Shown here piece after piece: positions 1 to 12,685 of a stretch of DNA of 64,000 nucleotides. Position 1 is the stretch's first letter; each line of letters begins with the position of its first letter. Both the position numbers and the translations under genes were made by a program. Under the pieces are notes generated by a model, which saw only the letters and a program-made list of their open reading frames with translations, was not told the DNA's origin and did not search any database. The DNA lies in NCBI GenBank assembly GCA_964016885.1, contig OZ024743.1, positions 89,342,001 through 89,406,000 on the forward strand. Direction: 5' to 3'. Source of the DNA: Eledone cirrhosa (lineage: Eukaryota).

Positions 1-105
1 CTGTTTGTCGAATGCTCAGCCACTTTCATGTTAATTTCACGAGCAGGTTGTTCCGTTGTTTGTACAACTGGAATGCTTGTCGTCGGAACCAACGGAGGTC
101 CAACA
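1..105 (+). mobile_element. 3' part of CORE-type tRNA-derived SINE (family B)
   Basis: Matches the 3' half of copies at 51652-51925, 7045-7228, 18420-18545 (ttaatttcacgagcagg..tgttccgt..cgtcg.aacc.acgga). Confidence 0.75.
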
Positions 106-270
106 CATAGATTAATACATATATATAATACATATGACATAATCTATCCAGTCATCCTTCACGGTTTTAAGCACATTTGATAAAGGAAATTGACGTTATT
201 TCTTTGAGATAGCATGTTAGCCCTACTGTGCTTGCGCATGTGCACACCACTCTCTCTATATATAAGCATG

Positions 271-302
<32 letters not shown>

Positions 303-380
303 TGTATGTATGTATGTATGTATGTATGTATGTATGTATGTATGCATGTATGTATGTACGTATGTATGTATGTATGTACG

Positions 381-990
381 TCAGGTCACCAGTTGGTGCT
401 ACTGGTAACATGTATCCCAGTACAACCTGTCTCATGGTCGGGTCGTTGGCGACTAAACTGGCAACCCCACCAAGGTTTCTTGGTGAGGAGGGTAACTTTG
501 GACATCCTGCAGGACTAAAAACAAAACCTGTCAAAGAGCAAAGGAGTTCTTAAGAGTCAATGGCCATCCAAAATCAGCGGGAGAGATGACCCCTTAGCCT
601 TTGTCAAGGCAGAATTCTAGGAGAAGGAAAACTCTGGTATAACACCTGCAACCCTGATGGTATCCAATGATGTTGACTTGTTCTTCTTTTTGGTAAATAT
701 CATCTTGGTTAAGAGAGTGGGACTGGCTTTGTGCAGTGTCTTTGCTCACTATAAAAGGTTCACGGCACAGGCATTGCTTTATATCTGCAGATTTCTCTGC
801 ACTTGTCGTCACATGGTACCATGGGTCCAGCACTATGTGTCAATAATTGTCACAAGTGTAGTGTTTGTACCAGAGTTTTCAAGTCGCTGGCTGGACTAAA
901 AAGTCACACTCGTTCAGCGCATCGGTAGGGGTTCTCCTACATGGATATAAAGTAGTGGCGTACTCGAAAACGAGTTGGCATCCACCATGT
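381..990 (+). mobile_element. Non-autonomous, internally deleted RTE-clade derivative (5'UTR-like part joined to C-terminal C2H2 finger and 3' end), flanked by (TATG)n
   Basis: 851-928 translates HKCSVCTRVFKSLAGLKSHTRSAHR*, homologous to the last finger of the 10280-10744 ORF. Ends in hairpin ctcg-aaaa-cgag then (ATGT)n. ctaggagaaggaaaactctg resembles RTE 5'UTRs. Near-identical copies at 36413-36678 and 37176-37590. Confidence 0.7.
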
Positions 991-1211
991 ACGTGTGCGT
1001 GTATGTATGTACATGTTTGTATGTATGTACGTTTATATGTATGTATGTACGTGTGTGTACGTACGTACGTATCTATGTATGTATATATGTATGCATGCAT
1101 GCATGTATGTATCTATGTACGTACGTATGTATGTACATATGTATTTATGTATGTATGTACGTACGTGTGTATGTACATATGAATGCATGTACGTATGTAT
1201 GTACGTATGTA

Positions 1212-1255
<44 letters not shown>

Positions 1256-1266
1256 TATATATATAT

Positions 1267-1462
1267 AACGAAGGAATTGTGGTAAGGAACTAGATGGACC
1301 ATAACGCAACAGAGTACTCAATACTTAGGGTAGTAGAGTGGGTAATAGGAAAAGGTTTGACCCCGACGGCCGAGCTCAAGCCGTTTCGACGGCTATTTCT
1401 GGACTCAGAAATAGCCGTCGAAACGGCTTGAGCTCTGCCGTCGGGGTCATACCTTTTCCTAT
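1267..1462 (-). mobile_element. Penelope-like remnant with fold-back palindrome (arms about 55 bp, 1345-1462) in (TA)n
   Basis: ataggaaaaggtttgaccccgacggc...tttctg-gact-cagaaa...gccgtcggggtcataccttttcctat; TTGAGTACT on minus strand near 1312-1321; TA tracts on both sides. Confidence 0.55.
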
Positions 1463-1978
1463 ATATATATATATATATAAAGCGGTCATATGTGATGCCA
1501 AAGTTGTCTAAGGATAGCTGTCGCTCTATATAATCTTTCAATTGTTATCAACATAAAAGTAATAAACTTCACTCAATACAAACTTGGCTCCAGACTTAAA
1601 TTATTCCTCCTCCATTCATTCACTTTATATCCGCCTTCATTTCCTCATTACTTTCCTAATTATTCTTTCTGCTCACTAACACACAATGAAAGATATGGAA
1701 ATTATATCCCCCTGTCTCTCCATCCGTTCTTCCGTACGCCCACCCACCTATCTGTCTGACTGACCGTCTGTCTGTCTGACTGTTGGCTCGTCTTTCTGTC
1801 TGTCTATCAATCTATCCACATAGTACCTATTTATCTCTCTCACTTATCACACACACACACAATATATATATATATATATATATGTATGTATATGTATGTA
1901 TGTATACAGCTACACTCCTACCTATCTATATATCAATCTATCTATTTACTTACTTAGCTATTTCTCTCTCTCTCTTAC

Positions 1979-2038
<60 letters not shown>

Positions 2039-2041
2039 GGA

Positions 2042-2105
<64 letters not shown>

Positions 2106-2136
2106 TCCCTAACTATCTATCTATCTATCTATCTAC

Positions 2137-2520
2137 AACTGATTCTTTTTTTCAAATACCACTTTGGAAGAAGAATCAGGATGGAGAGAGAGGTGGTGTA
2201 CCCCAGCAAGTTTTATGAAAGGTGGGTGAAAGTGGCGAGAATGGCCCGAGTGAATGGGCCTTCTCTCTCTATCAGCCTGTAGGTTGAGGAAAAGGAGGAG
2301 GAGAGGAAAGGAGTACAAACTCTTCGTACTCCTGGAGATGAGGGTTTCACATTTTTTGGGGGGTATGTGTTACCTATAAGAAATGTCTCCCCCTATTGGG
2401 AAAATCGACTAATTTTTTAAATTGCATTTGTGATAACATTTTACACGTTTTTATTGTATGTAAACTTCCCCCTTTGTATTTGTCCCTTTCTTTTGTGGCC
2501 CTGTGGCTAATAAAGAAACA
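2137..2520 (+). mobile_element. Tx1-clade LINE, short 5'-truncated 3' end
   Basis: Homologous to 3908-4285; AATAAA near 2509 followed directly by (TATC)n; (CTAT)n upstream. Confidence 0.85.
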
Positions 2521-2562
<42 letters not shown>

Positions 2563-2563
<1 letters not shown>

Positions 2564-4285
2564 GCCCTCTCTCCTCCCTTCTGTACGTACTGATTCTCGA
2601 GCCACTACTGCGGAAGTTGGAGCTATTGCAGGGCGTCCCTTTGGAACCGGGACTGCGAAAAGCGGCGTCGGCCTACGCCGACGACGTAACAGTAGTGGTG
2701 TCGAGCACCTCGCAAATCGGGGAGATCGGCACCTTACTGGAGGAATACGAAAGGTTCACAGGAGCGAAGCTGAACCGGGACAAATCCGCCGGTTTGCAAC
2801 TCGGAACGTGGAGAGGCATACCGATGTCTTTCGATGACGTCGTCGGACGTTGGACGGAAGGACCGGTAAAGCTGCTCGGGGTCTGGTTTGGTCCTGACCT
2901 CCAGGTGGAGAAGAACTGGAACGAGGTGAGGGCCAAGGTGTTTGCGCTCACCCAGAAAGAGCCGAGTGCAAACTATCCTTGAAAGGTCGAGCGGAGGTGG
3001 CGACACTTTTATAGCGTCCGCCATCTACTACCGCTTGACCTTTGTGCCTTGTCCAGCCAAAACGCTCACCAAAATGGAGCGCGCGCTCTTCCAATTCCTT
3101 TGGAAGAAGCGGGCTCCTTTGGTGAGAAGATCCATCTGCTGCCAACACCCTTCAAACGGAGGGCTGGGGATGCCATGGCTGACGATGCGCAAACACGCGC
3201 TCAGGCTGCGGCACCTCCACGTATTCCTCACCAGACAACCGGTGTGGGCCCCGTTCGTGAGGCGAGCCTTCCCACGACTCGTCTCGCTGACCGAGCTGCA
3301 GACCTGGGTCAAGCAAAGACCGAGGAAAATGGGCGACTGGCATATCGAATGTGCTCAGGCGCTCACAGTCTTCTGGCAAACGGACCCGGCGATCAGTGGA
3401 GACTCCACTTCGACATTCTATAGAGGGTTGGTCCGCAGCAAGTGCGACGACACGCTCGGAGAAACTCTAGGCGTAGAGGAGGACGAACTGGCCAGTCTGT
3501 TCGATAGGACCTTCAGCCCGGGACCAATGAACAACTTCCAAAAGTCCCTGGCCTGGCAGTGCTACCGAGGAGCTCTACCAGTTCGAGACAAGCTCTACAG
3601 ACACGGACGCCCGGGTAGGGACCCTTCGAAAAAGATCTGTCCGAGATGCGTGCGCGACGAGGAAACCGTCGCACACGCATTTGTACACTGCCCGGGCGTT
3701 ACCGACCCGTGGGGCTATGTAGAACGACTATTGTCGCGGGTGGGACCAATCCAGTTGTCCACCGAGTCCATTGTCATGATCAAACCGCCACCCTCCTTCA
3801 AAAACGAGGGAGAGGCGGTTTTCCTATGTGTTATGGCTAGGGTGAAAGAGGTTATATGGTGGACGAGGTTAAAAGGGCTGAGGTCAGACACCTTTCTCTC
3901 CGGCGAGCAACTGATTCGTTTTTTCAAATATCATTTTGGAAGAAGAATCAGGATGGAGAGAGAGGTACTGTACCCCAGCAAATTTTATAAAAGGTGGGTG
4001 AATGTGGCAAGAGTGGCCCGAGTGGTTGGGCCTTCTCTCTATATAAGCCTGTAGGTTGAGGAAAAAGAGGAAGAGAGGAAGGGAGTACTCACTCTTGGTG
4101 CTCCTGGAGATGAGAGCTGTATATTTTTTCGGGTGTGTACAACCCCTGTGTAACACCTCCCCCTATTGGGGATTTCAATTGTTATTTGTTGTTTTATTAA
4201 TAGTTTTATTTTCATATACCTGTATGTAAACTCCCCATTTGTATTTGTCCCCTTCTTTTGTGCCCTTGTGGCTAATAAAGAAATT
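2563..4285 (+). mobile_element. 5'-truncated Tx1/L1-clade non-LTR retrotransposon; ORF2 remnant (RT plus CCHC zinc knuckle), frameshifted
   Basis: CPLSSLLYVLILEPL, AYADDV, LLGVWFG, KLSLKGRAEVA (third frame, about 2970-3002, so two frameshifts), GGLGMP, CPRC-x8-HAFVHC; stop at 4054; AATAAA near 4274; (TATC)n on both sides. Confidence 0.93.
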
Positions 4286-4337
4286 TATCTATCTATCTAC
4301 CTATTCATCTATTTATCTTTATCTATCTCTCTATCTA

Positions 4338-4444
4338 CTTTTAAATTGTATTTGTGATAGTATTTTACACGTTTTTATCGTGTGTAAACTTCCCCCTTTG
4401 TATTTGTCCCCTTCTTTTGTGCCCCTGTGGCTAATAAAGAAACA

Positions 4445-4446
<2 letters not shown>
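4338..4446 (+). mobile_element. Tx1-clade LINE extreme 3' end (third copy)
   Basis: Nearly identical to 2413-2520; followed by (TATC)n. Confidence 0.85.
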
Positions 4447-4477
<31 letters not shown>

Positions 4478-4632
4478 GTCTAAAAGTCCAATTACTCATA
4501 AGTCAATTAGAACCAATCAATATTTTACCCCTTCCTGACTTGTGATAATGGACTCCAAAATGTGAACGGACAGAAAGAGAAATAATATAAACCTAAACTA
4601 TAAAACAGCAACAGTATTCTGCTGAACTAATG

Positions 4633-6415
4633 ATGTGAACCTCTCTTTAGAGAGCGATATGAAGAGAGTGTGCAGAAGTGAACCTCTCTTTAGAGAACAA
4701 TATGAAGAGAGTGTGCTGAAGTGAACCTCTCTTTAGAGAGCAATATGAAGAGAGTGTGCAGATGTGAACCTCTCTTTAGAGAGCGATATGAAGAGAGTGT
4801 GCTAAAGTGAACCTCTCTTTAGAGAGCGATATGAAGAGAGTGTGCTAAAGTGAACCTCTCTTTAGAGAGCGATATGAAGAGAGTGTGCTAAAGTGAACCT
4901 CTCTTTAGAGAGCAATATGAAGAGAGTGTGCTGAAGTGAACCTCTCTTTAGAGAGCAATATGAAGAGAGTGTGCAGAAGTGAACCTCTCTTTAGAGAGCG
5001 ATATGAAGAGAGTGCTGAAGTGAACCTCTCTTTAGAGAGCAATATGAAGAGAGTGTGCTGAAGTGAACCTCTCTTTAGAGAGCAATATGAAGAGAGTGTG
5101 CTGAAGTGAACCTCTCTTTAGAGAGCGATATGAAGAGAGTGCTGAAGTGAACCTCTCTTTAGAGAACAATATGAAGAGAGTGTGCAGAAGTGAATTTCTC
5201 TTTAGAGAGCAATATGAAGAGAGTGTGCTGAAGTGAACCCCTCTTTAGAGAGCAATATGAAGAGAGTGTGCTGAAGTGAAACTCTCTTTAGAGAGCAATA
5301 TGAAGAGAGTGTGCTGAAGTGAACCTCTCTTTAGAGAGCGATATGAAGAGAGTGTGCAGAAGTGAACCTCTCTTTAGAGAGCAATATGAAGAGAGTGTGC
5401 TAAAGTGAACCTCTCTTTAGAGAGCGATATGAAGAGAGTGTGCTAAAGTGAACCTCTCTTTAGAGAGCGATATGAAGAGAGTGTGCTAAAGTGAACCTCT
5501 CTTTAGAGAGCAATATGAAGAGAGTGTGCTGAAGTGAACCTCTCTTTAGAGAGCAATATGAAGAGAGTGTGCAGAAGTGAACCTCTCTTTAGAGAGCGAT
5601 ATGAAGAGAGTGCTGAAGTGAACCTCTCTTTAGAGAGCAATATGAAGAGAGTGTGCTGAAGTGAACCTCTCTTTAGAGAGCAATATGAAGAGAGTGTGCT
5701 GAAGTGAACCTCTCTTTAGAGAGCGATATGAAGAGAGTGCTGAAGTGAACCTCTCTTTAGAGAACAATATGAAGAGAGTGTGCAGAAGTGAATTTCTCTT
5801 TAGAGAGCAATATGAAGAGAGTGTGCTAAAGTGAACCCCTCTTTAGAGAGCAATATGAAGAGAGTGTGCTGAAGTGAACCTCTCTTTAGAGAGCAATATG
5901 AAGAGAGTGTGCTGAAGTGAACCTCTCTTTAGAGAACAATATGAAGAGAGTGTGCTGAAGTGAACCTCTCTTTAGAGAGCGATATGAAGAGAGTGTGCTG
6001 AAGTGAACCTCTCTTTAGAGAGCAATATGAAGAGAGTGTGCAGAAGTGAACCTCTCTTTAGAGAGCGATATGAAGAGAGTGTGCAGAAGTGAACCTCTCT
6101 TTAGAGAGCAATATGAAGAGAGTGTGCAGAAGTGAACCTCTCTTTAGAGAGCAATATCAAGAGAGTGTGCAGAAGTGAACCCCTCTTTAGAGAGCAATAT
6201 GAAGAGAGTGTGCAGAAGTGAACCTCTCTTTAGAGAGCAATATGAAGAGAGTGTGCAGAAGTGAACCTCTCTTTAGAGAGCAATATGAAGAGAGTGTGCA
6301 GAAGTGAACCTCTCTTTAGAGAGCAATATGAAGAGAGTGTGCTGAAGTGAACCTCTCTTTAGAGAGCAATATGAAGAGAGTGTGCAGAAGTGAACCTCTC
6401 TTTAGAGAGCGATAT
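4633..6415. repeat. 43-bp satellite, about 41 units (gtgaacctctctttagagagcaatatgaagagagtgtgctgaa)
   Basis: Direct tandem units; internal dyad ctctc-ttta-gagag; 598-bp higher-order duplication. Confidence 0.97.
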
Positions 6416-6593
6416 TTCATGAAGATTCCAACAATCTCTATCACTGCTCTTCTCTATCTACAGAGAAATGTATTTAGAAGCGATGGAATCGGTAAATAGT
6501 CGCTGAAATTGTCCAACTGTCTCTCATTGACATCTAAATATATTGGAAGACTGGTTTGCTATTTCTTCTCTGGTCTCTGATAGAGTGAGTGAA

Positions 6594-6805
6594 GGCACGT
6601 GGCTTAGTGGTTAGGGTGTTCGTGAATTCGAATCCCGGTCACGCGTTGTGTCCTTGAACAACAACAAAAAAAAAACAACTTAATTTCACGCTGCTCCAGT
6701 CCACTCACTTTGCAAAAATGGGCTGAACCTGCGTGTGTCATACTGAATCTCCCTGAGAATTACGTTAAGTGTACAGGTATCTGTGAATTGCTCAGCCAAT
6801 TGCAA
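6594..6805 (+). mobile_element. CORE-type tRNA-derived SINE (family B)
   Basis: A-box tggcttagtgg, B-box-like attcgaatcc, CORE-like tgtgtccttgaacaa..cacttaatttcac..ctccagtccactca. Confidence 0.75.
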
Positions 6806-6811
6806 TATATT

Positions 6812-7020
6812 TGTTTTTGATTTAGGCACAAGGCCAGCAATTTTGGGGAGGAGAAAGACGATTAAATCGACCCCAGCGCATAACTGGAACTTTATTTTAT
6901 CAATGAAAGTTAAAGCCAACCTCGACAGGATTTGAACTCAGAACGTAAAACACCGTAACTTTATGCCGCGAATGAGAGTGTCCAACGCTCTACCGATAAT
7001 GTCATCCGCCGCCCTCACTT
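6812..7020 (-). mobile_element. tRNA-derived SINE family A (Meta-domain-like)
   Basis: Reverse of gagttcaaatcc..gaggtt..ctttcat..gataaaataaag.accag..gctggccttgtgcctaaa. Confidence 0.8.
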
Positions 7021-7044
7021 GCAGTATAATAAAAGATTGACTGT

Positions 7045-7228
7045 TCCTGTAATTGAAAGGGCCAACCTTAGAATATAGTGTGTCAAGTGGAATCTCCCTG
7101 AGAAATACGTTAAGAACATACGGGACTGTAGAATACTGAGCCGTTTTATACGTTAATTTCACGAACAGACAGGTCCGTTGTTTGAGCAGCTGAAACATTT
7201 GTCATCGCAACCGACGGAAGTCCCCCAC
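7045..7228 (+). mobile_element. SINE family B, 3' half
   Basis: gaaagggcca.cctt..aatctccctgagaa.tacgttaag..gcaaccgacgga. Confidence 0.7.
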
Positions 7229-7264
7229 ACGATAGAATGAATTGAATTCTTTTCTGTCATTATA

Positions 7265-8242
<978 letters not shown>

Positions 8243-8304
8243 TATATATATATATACATGTATATATATATATATATATATATGGTAGAGAGGGAATGTG
8301 ACTA

Positions 8305-8472
8305 GGTATTGGACTTCCGTCAGCAGCGACGACGGGTGTTCTACTTGTTCGAACAACGGATCAGGCTGTTGGTGAAATTAACTTGCAAGTGGCTGAGCAT
8401 TCCACAGACAAGTACACCTAACACGTAGTTCTCAGAGAAAATTAGCGTGGCATAGTGTGTGTGACAAGGCCG
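8305..8472 (-). mobile_element. SINE family B, 3' half
   Basis: Reverse complement of the family B tail (gtggctgagcattccacagac, gtgacaaggc). Confidence 0.7.
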
Positions 8473-8690
8473 GCTGTTGCAGCGGGTATCGCTGGCAATT
8501 GTACGCGGGGCGCAGCCTCAACACGGCTGAGCCCTAGGCCCAGAGCCCATCCCCCCACTCTTCTGTGGCCATAGAGACCTTGCTTTTCCCTTCCTCTTCA
8601 GTATTTAAATATTTGTAGTGTTTTTCTAATTATTTTATAGTCATTCATTCCTGTAGTTACTCATTTGTGTATAATTCTTTTTTTGACAGC
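8471..8690 (+). mobile_element. CRE-clade non-LTR 3' end fragment
   Basis: LLQRVSLAIVRG remnant, similar to 9158-9290. Confidence 0.5.
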
Positions 8691-9139
8691 TGAGTGTCTT
8701 GTTGAAGGAGAGACAAAACCTCACCAGAAATCGAACTCAAGACCCTAATATCATTTTGAACCTCAAGCATCCTAACCACTAAGAAACACACCACCACAAA
8801 GAGGAGGAAATAGTGCTATAAGGTTGTTTTTTTTAGTGCATTACAGAACATGTAGGAAATAATTTTTAAATTGTTTAATAGAGGAGTGGAAGGATAATGG
8901 ATTGGTGTGGGAGAAGGAGGGGGAAGGGAAGGAGCCCGCGAAAGAAAGCGGAAGGGAAGGAGTAGCGGAAGAAGGAGGAATGAAAGGGGCGGCGGGAGAA
9001 GGAGGAAGGGAATGGACTGAAGAAGAAGGAGAAGAAAGGAAGGAAAGAGAAAAGAAAATATTTTGTAATTTAGTTAACGAGAGAATGATTTGCATAACTA
9101 GTTATCACACACTCCGTAAAATCGGAACATCAGCAGCCA

Positions 9140-9585
9140 ATCTGATGAGGTGGGGGTGGCTGTTGCAGCGGGTGTCGCTGGCCCTCGTCCGCGGAAATGC
9201 CTTTGCAGTTTTATCTGCGGGGTGCAGCCGAAACACATTCCTCCTCTCTTTCTTCCGTGGTTTCATAGTACCTGCTTTTTCCCTCCATTTGCTCTCATCC
9301 ATGCTTGCAGTGGAGACTTCTGGTGACCTTGACCTTAGGACCACCACCCTATTCACCTCCATCGGCACGGAGTTGGCTACCCGCAGGTGTGAGCCTCGCA
9401 AGCTGGAATGATCTTCCAACGCGTCTCTCTCGCCATCCTCCTGAGAAACGCCTTCTCTATTCTCTCCACTGGGTCGCGGGGCGGCCAGCGCGTGCCCCCC
9501 CCCATTTGCTAATAATAGTGGTAGGTGGAGGGAGGGAGAGAGACGGAGATAATGACAATGGGAATTTGATTCCATTATGTTCAGA
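9140..9585 (+). mobile_element. Two adjacent CRE-clade non-LTR 3' fragments (RLE C-terminus)
   Basis: WLLQRVSLALVRGNA, then AVETSGDL..TSIGTELA.R.CEPR; the second part matches 39070-39400 on the minus strand. Confidence 0.75.
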
Positions 9586-9611
9586 CATAATACATATGTA
9601 TATATTTATAT

Positions 9612-9846
9612 TCCACACCACACCACACCACACCACACCACACCACACCACACCACACCACACCACACCACACCACACCACCACCACACCACACCACCAC
9701 CACACCACACCACACCACACCACACCACACCACACCACACCACACCACACCACCACCATACCACACCACACCACACCACACCACACCACACCACACCACA
9801 CCACACCACACCACACCACCACCACACCACACCACACCACACCACA
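9612..9846. repeat. (CACAC)n pentanucleotide microsatellite
   Basis: Direct reading. Confidence 0.95.
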
Positions 9847-10027
9847 TACATATAATGTAATTCTTCTTGAGATTGAAATAAATCTTAAATCAAATTGTCT
9901 CTATTAGAGCTATTTTCAGTAACAAATTAAATTTCAGACGTACTGGAATCAGGAAATATTTCCATGAATGACTGAAAGGCAGGTTAAAACCTCAACATTC
10001 GGTAGTTTTCCAATGGAATTTAACATA

Positions 10028-10165
10028 CAGGCACAGATATGTCTGTGTGGTTAAGAAGTTCACTTCGCAACCACGTGCTTTTGTGTTCAGTTCCGCTGCG
10101 CGGCACATTGGGAAGGTGTCTTGGGTCGACAAAATCCTTGAGAGGAAATTGCAAAAACCCATAGT
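10028..10165 (+). mobile_element. Degenerate tRNA-derived SINE head (family C)
   Basis: gtctgtgtggttaagaag..caaccac..gttcagttccgctgcg.ggcac.ttgggaaggtgtctt; A/B-box-like layout. Confidence 0.6.
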
Positions 10166-10294
10166 ATGAATGTACGTACGTAAGTATGGATGTACGTAAG
10201 TATGTATGTATGTATGTATGTATGTATGTATGTATGTATGTATGTATGTATGTATGTATGTATGTATGTATGTATGTATGTATGTATGTATGTA

Positions 10295-10930
10295 TATACT
10301 GATCGTAATAAATGGAGAACGACTGTATATGAGGGAAAAGTTGCCTTTGAGGCATCTCGAATCGCATACGAGAAAATAAAGCGGGATGTGAGGAAGGGCA
10401 TTGCTGTTGCACTTCCAGACGGCGAGGGTCCTCCTATGGTGCTGACATACAGCGTCTGTGCGAGACTCTGCCTAAGCAAAGCTGGACTCGAAAGTCATCT
10501 TCGCAGTCATAAAGTAAGACCAGTGGTTGACTACCAGGCTGCTGTTGAAGATGCTACTCATCATGCTTGCCAAACATGTGGTAGAGAATGTAAATCAGCA
10601 GGAGGGCTCAAGCGACATGCAAAAGTACACAAACTCCAACCACAGCCGACTATTCCCAGTGAATGTTTTGGTTGCCGACTCTGTGCAAGACATTTTAGAT
10701 CATTGGCTGGACTAAAAAGCCACATTCGATCGCAGCGCTGTTAGTTGCTATCGTGTGTGTGTGTATAGATATGTTTATGTGTGTGCGTGTGTGTGTATAT
10801 ATATATGTATATGTATATTATTATTGTTGTTGTTGTCGTTATTATTATTGTTGTTATTATTATTATTATTATTATTATTGTTATTAATGTATATGTGTGT
10901 GTGTATATCTATATATATGTGTGTATATAT

Positions 10931-10964
<34 letters not shown>

Positions 10965-11072
10965 TTCTTTTTTTTAATTTTATTTTATTTTTTATTTATT
11001 TATTAATATGTATATATTGTTTTTCAACTCGTGCAATGGCCATACTCGATAACGAGGGGGCAGCCATCATGT
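10295..11072 (+). mobile_element. 5'-truncated RTE-clade LINE; ORF C-terminus with three C2H2-type zinc fingers (stop 10744) and microsatellite-expanded 3'UTR
   Basis: DRNKWR..V.EG..FE..R is typical of RTE C-termini; fingers SVC..GLESHLRSH, CQTC..GLKRHAKVH, CRLC..GLKSHIRSQ; 3' end gccatactcg-ataa-cgagggggcagccatc followed by (ATGT)n. Confidence 0.8.
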
Positions 11073-11082
11073 ATGTATGTAT

Positions 11083-11332
11083 GTTCTTCTGGTTTTATAA
11101 TTTCACAAAGTTTTCCCAATAGAGAGAGAAAGTCGGTTTCTAACATAGACACAAGACTCTCTCATTGGAATTTACATAACATCAACTAGGTAGATATGTA
11201 TGTATGTCTGCATGTGTAGATATGGATGTTATTGTATGTGTGGATGTGTTTGTTTTGAGTTGTATGTGTGCATGTGTATATGCTTTGCATCTGTACATGT
11301 GTATATGCAGTTATTAGATGCAAAACTTTTGG
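11083..11332 (-). mobile_element. R4/Dong-like non-LTR 3' end
   Basis: Reverse complement of about 36899-37157. Confidence 0.7.
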
Positions 11333-11814
11333 TATGTATGTATGTACGTAAGTAATGTATGTACGTATGTATGTATGGCTGTCTGTCTGTATGTATGTAC
11401 GTAAGTAATGTATGTCTGTGTGTATGTATGTGTGTATGTATGTATGTGTGTATGTGTGTATGTGTGTATGTATGTATGTATGTATGTATGTATGTATGTA
11501 TGTATGTATGTATGCATGTGTATGTATGTATGTGAATCTATGTGTATGTCTATGTTTACGTTTCTGTCTGTCTTTGTTTATGTTCAATAATTTAGCGATT
11601 CGACAAAATAAGTGGTGGTGGGCTAATGGTGATTGTGCTAGTAGTGGCAGTGATAATGTTGGTGGGTGTGGTGATGGTGGAGTTGGTGGTAATCATGATG
11701 GTGGTGGCGGTGGTAGTGACGGTAATGGTGGTTTTGTTGATGGTGATGGTGGTGTTTGGTAGTGATGGTGTTGTGGTGGTGGTGATGGAAATTGAAACAT
11801 TTCTGCATATTTAT

Positions 11815-11852
11815 ATGTTGAAAATTCAATTAATTCTGATTTCAAAATAAAA

Positions 11853-11924
<72 letters not shown>

Positions 11925-11987
11925 GGGGGGGGGGGCTGCGTGTGTATACTTTTATTTCAAAATCAGAATGAATTGAATTTTCAACAT
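11815..11987. repeat. Inverted repeat (about 42-bp arms) enclosing a (TA)n/G tract
   Basis: atgttgaaaattcaattaattctgatttcaaaataaaagtata versus tatacttttatttcaaaatcagaatgaattgaattttcaacat. Confidence 0.85.
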
Positions 11988-12217
11988 TTCATGAGAAACA
12001 TGTGATAAACCCTTTAAATAAAGGTAGGTTTTAGTGAAGGGAAGCAGATGCTGACCGTTTAATGACCTCGTACCTATTTGACCATATAAGATTTAGATGT
12101 TATGATTCAGAAGAAGCGCAGGATACGCTTTCTGGGACATGTAATACAAATACAGAGCTAAAACAGTAACTATCAGTTTTATTTCAATGAAAAATATGTG
12201 CGTGTGTGCGTTGATAT

Positions 12218-12685
12218 TCTCTCTCTTTCACTCACTGCCTCCGTCTCTCTCACTCTCCCATTTCTCTCTTTCACTCACTGCCTCCGTCTCTCTCGCTCTC
12301 TCCACCTCTCTCTTTCACTCACTGCCTCCGTCTCTCTCACTCTCCCATCTCTCTCTTTCACTCACTGCCTCCGTCTCTCTCGCTCTCTCCACCTCTCTCT
12401 TTCACTCACTGCCTCCATCTCTCGCACTCTCGCCATCTCTCTCTTTCACTCACTGCCTCCGTCTCTCTCACTCTCTTTCACTCACTGCCTCCATCTCTCT
12501 CACTCTCCCATCTCTCTCTTTCACTCACTGCCTCCATCTCTCGCACTCTCGCCATCTCTCTCTTTCACTCACTGCCTCCGTCTCTCTCGCTCTCTCCACC
12601 TCTCTCTTTCACTCACTGCCTCCGTCTCTCTCACTCTCCCATCTCTCTCCTTCACTCACTGCCTCCGTCTCTCTCGCTCTCTCCA
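12218..12685. repeat. 43-44 bp pyrimidine-rich minisatellite, about 11 units
   Basis: ttcactcactgcctcc recurs at 12227, 12270, 12314, 12357, 12401, 12445 and onward. Confidence 0.9.

Noticed and set aside
381-600. HDV-like ribozyme at the RTE derivative 5' end
   Set aside because: Only a hairpin (caccaag/cttggtg) is evident; I could not build the nested pseudoknot by eye.
10190-10744. Host C2H2 zinc-finger gene
   Set aside because: Met lies in a microsatellite, no TGEKP linkers, RTE C-terminal motif and RTE-type 3' end present.
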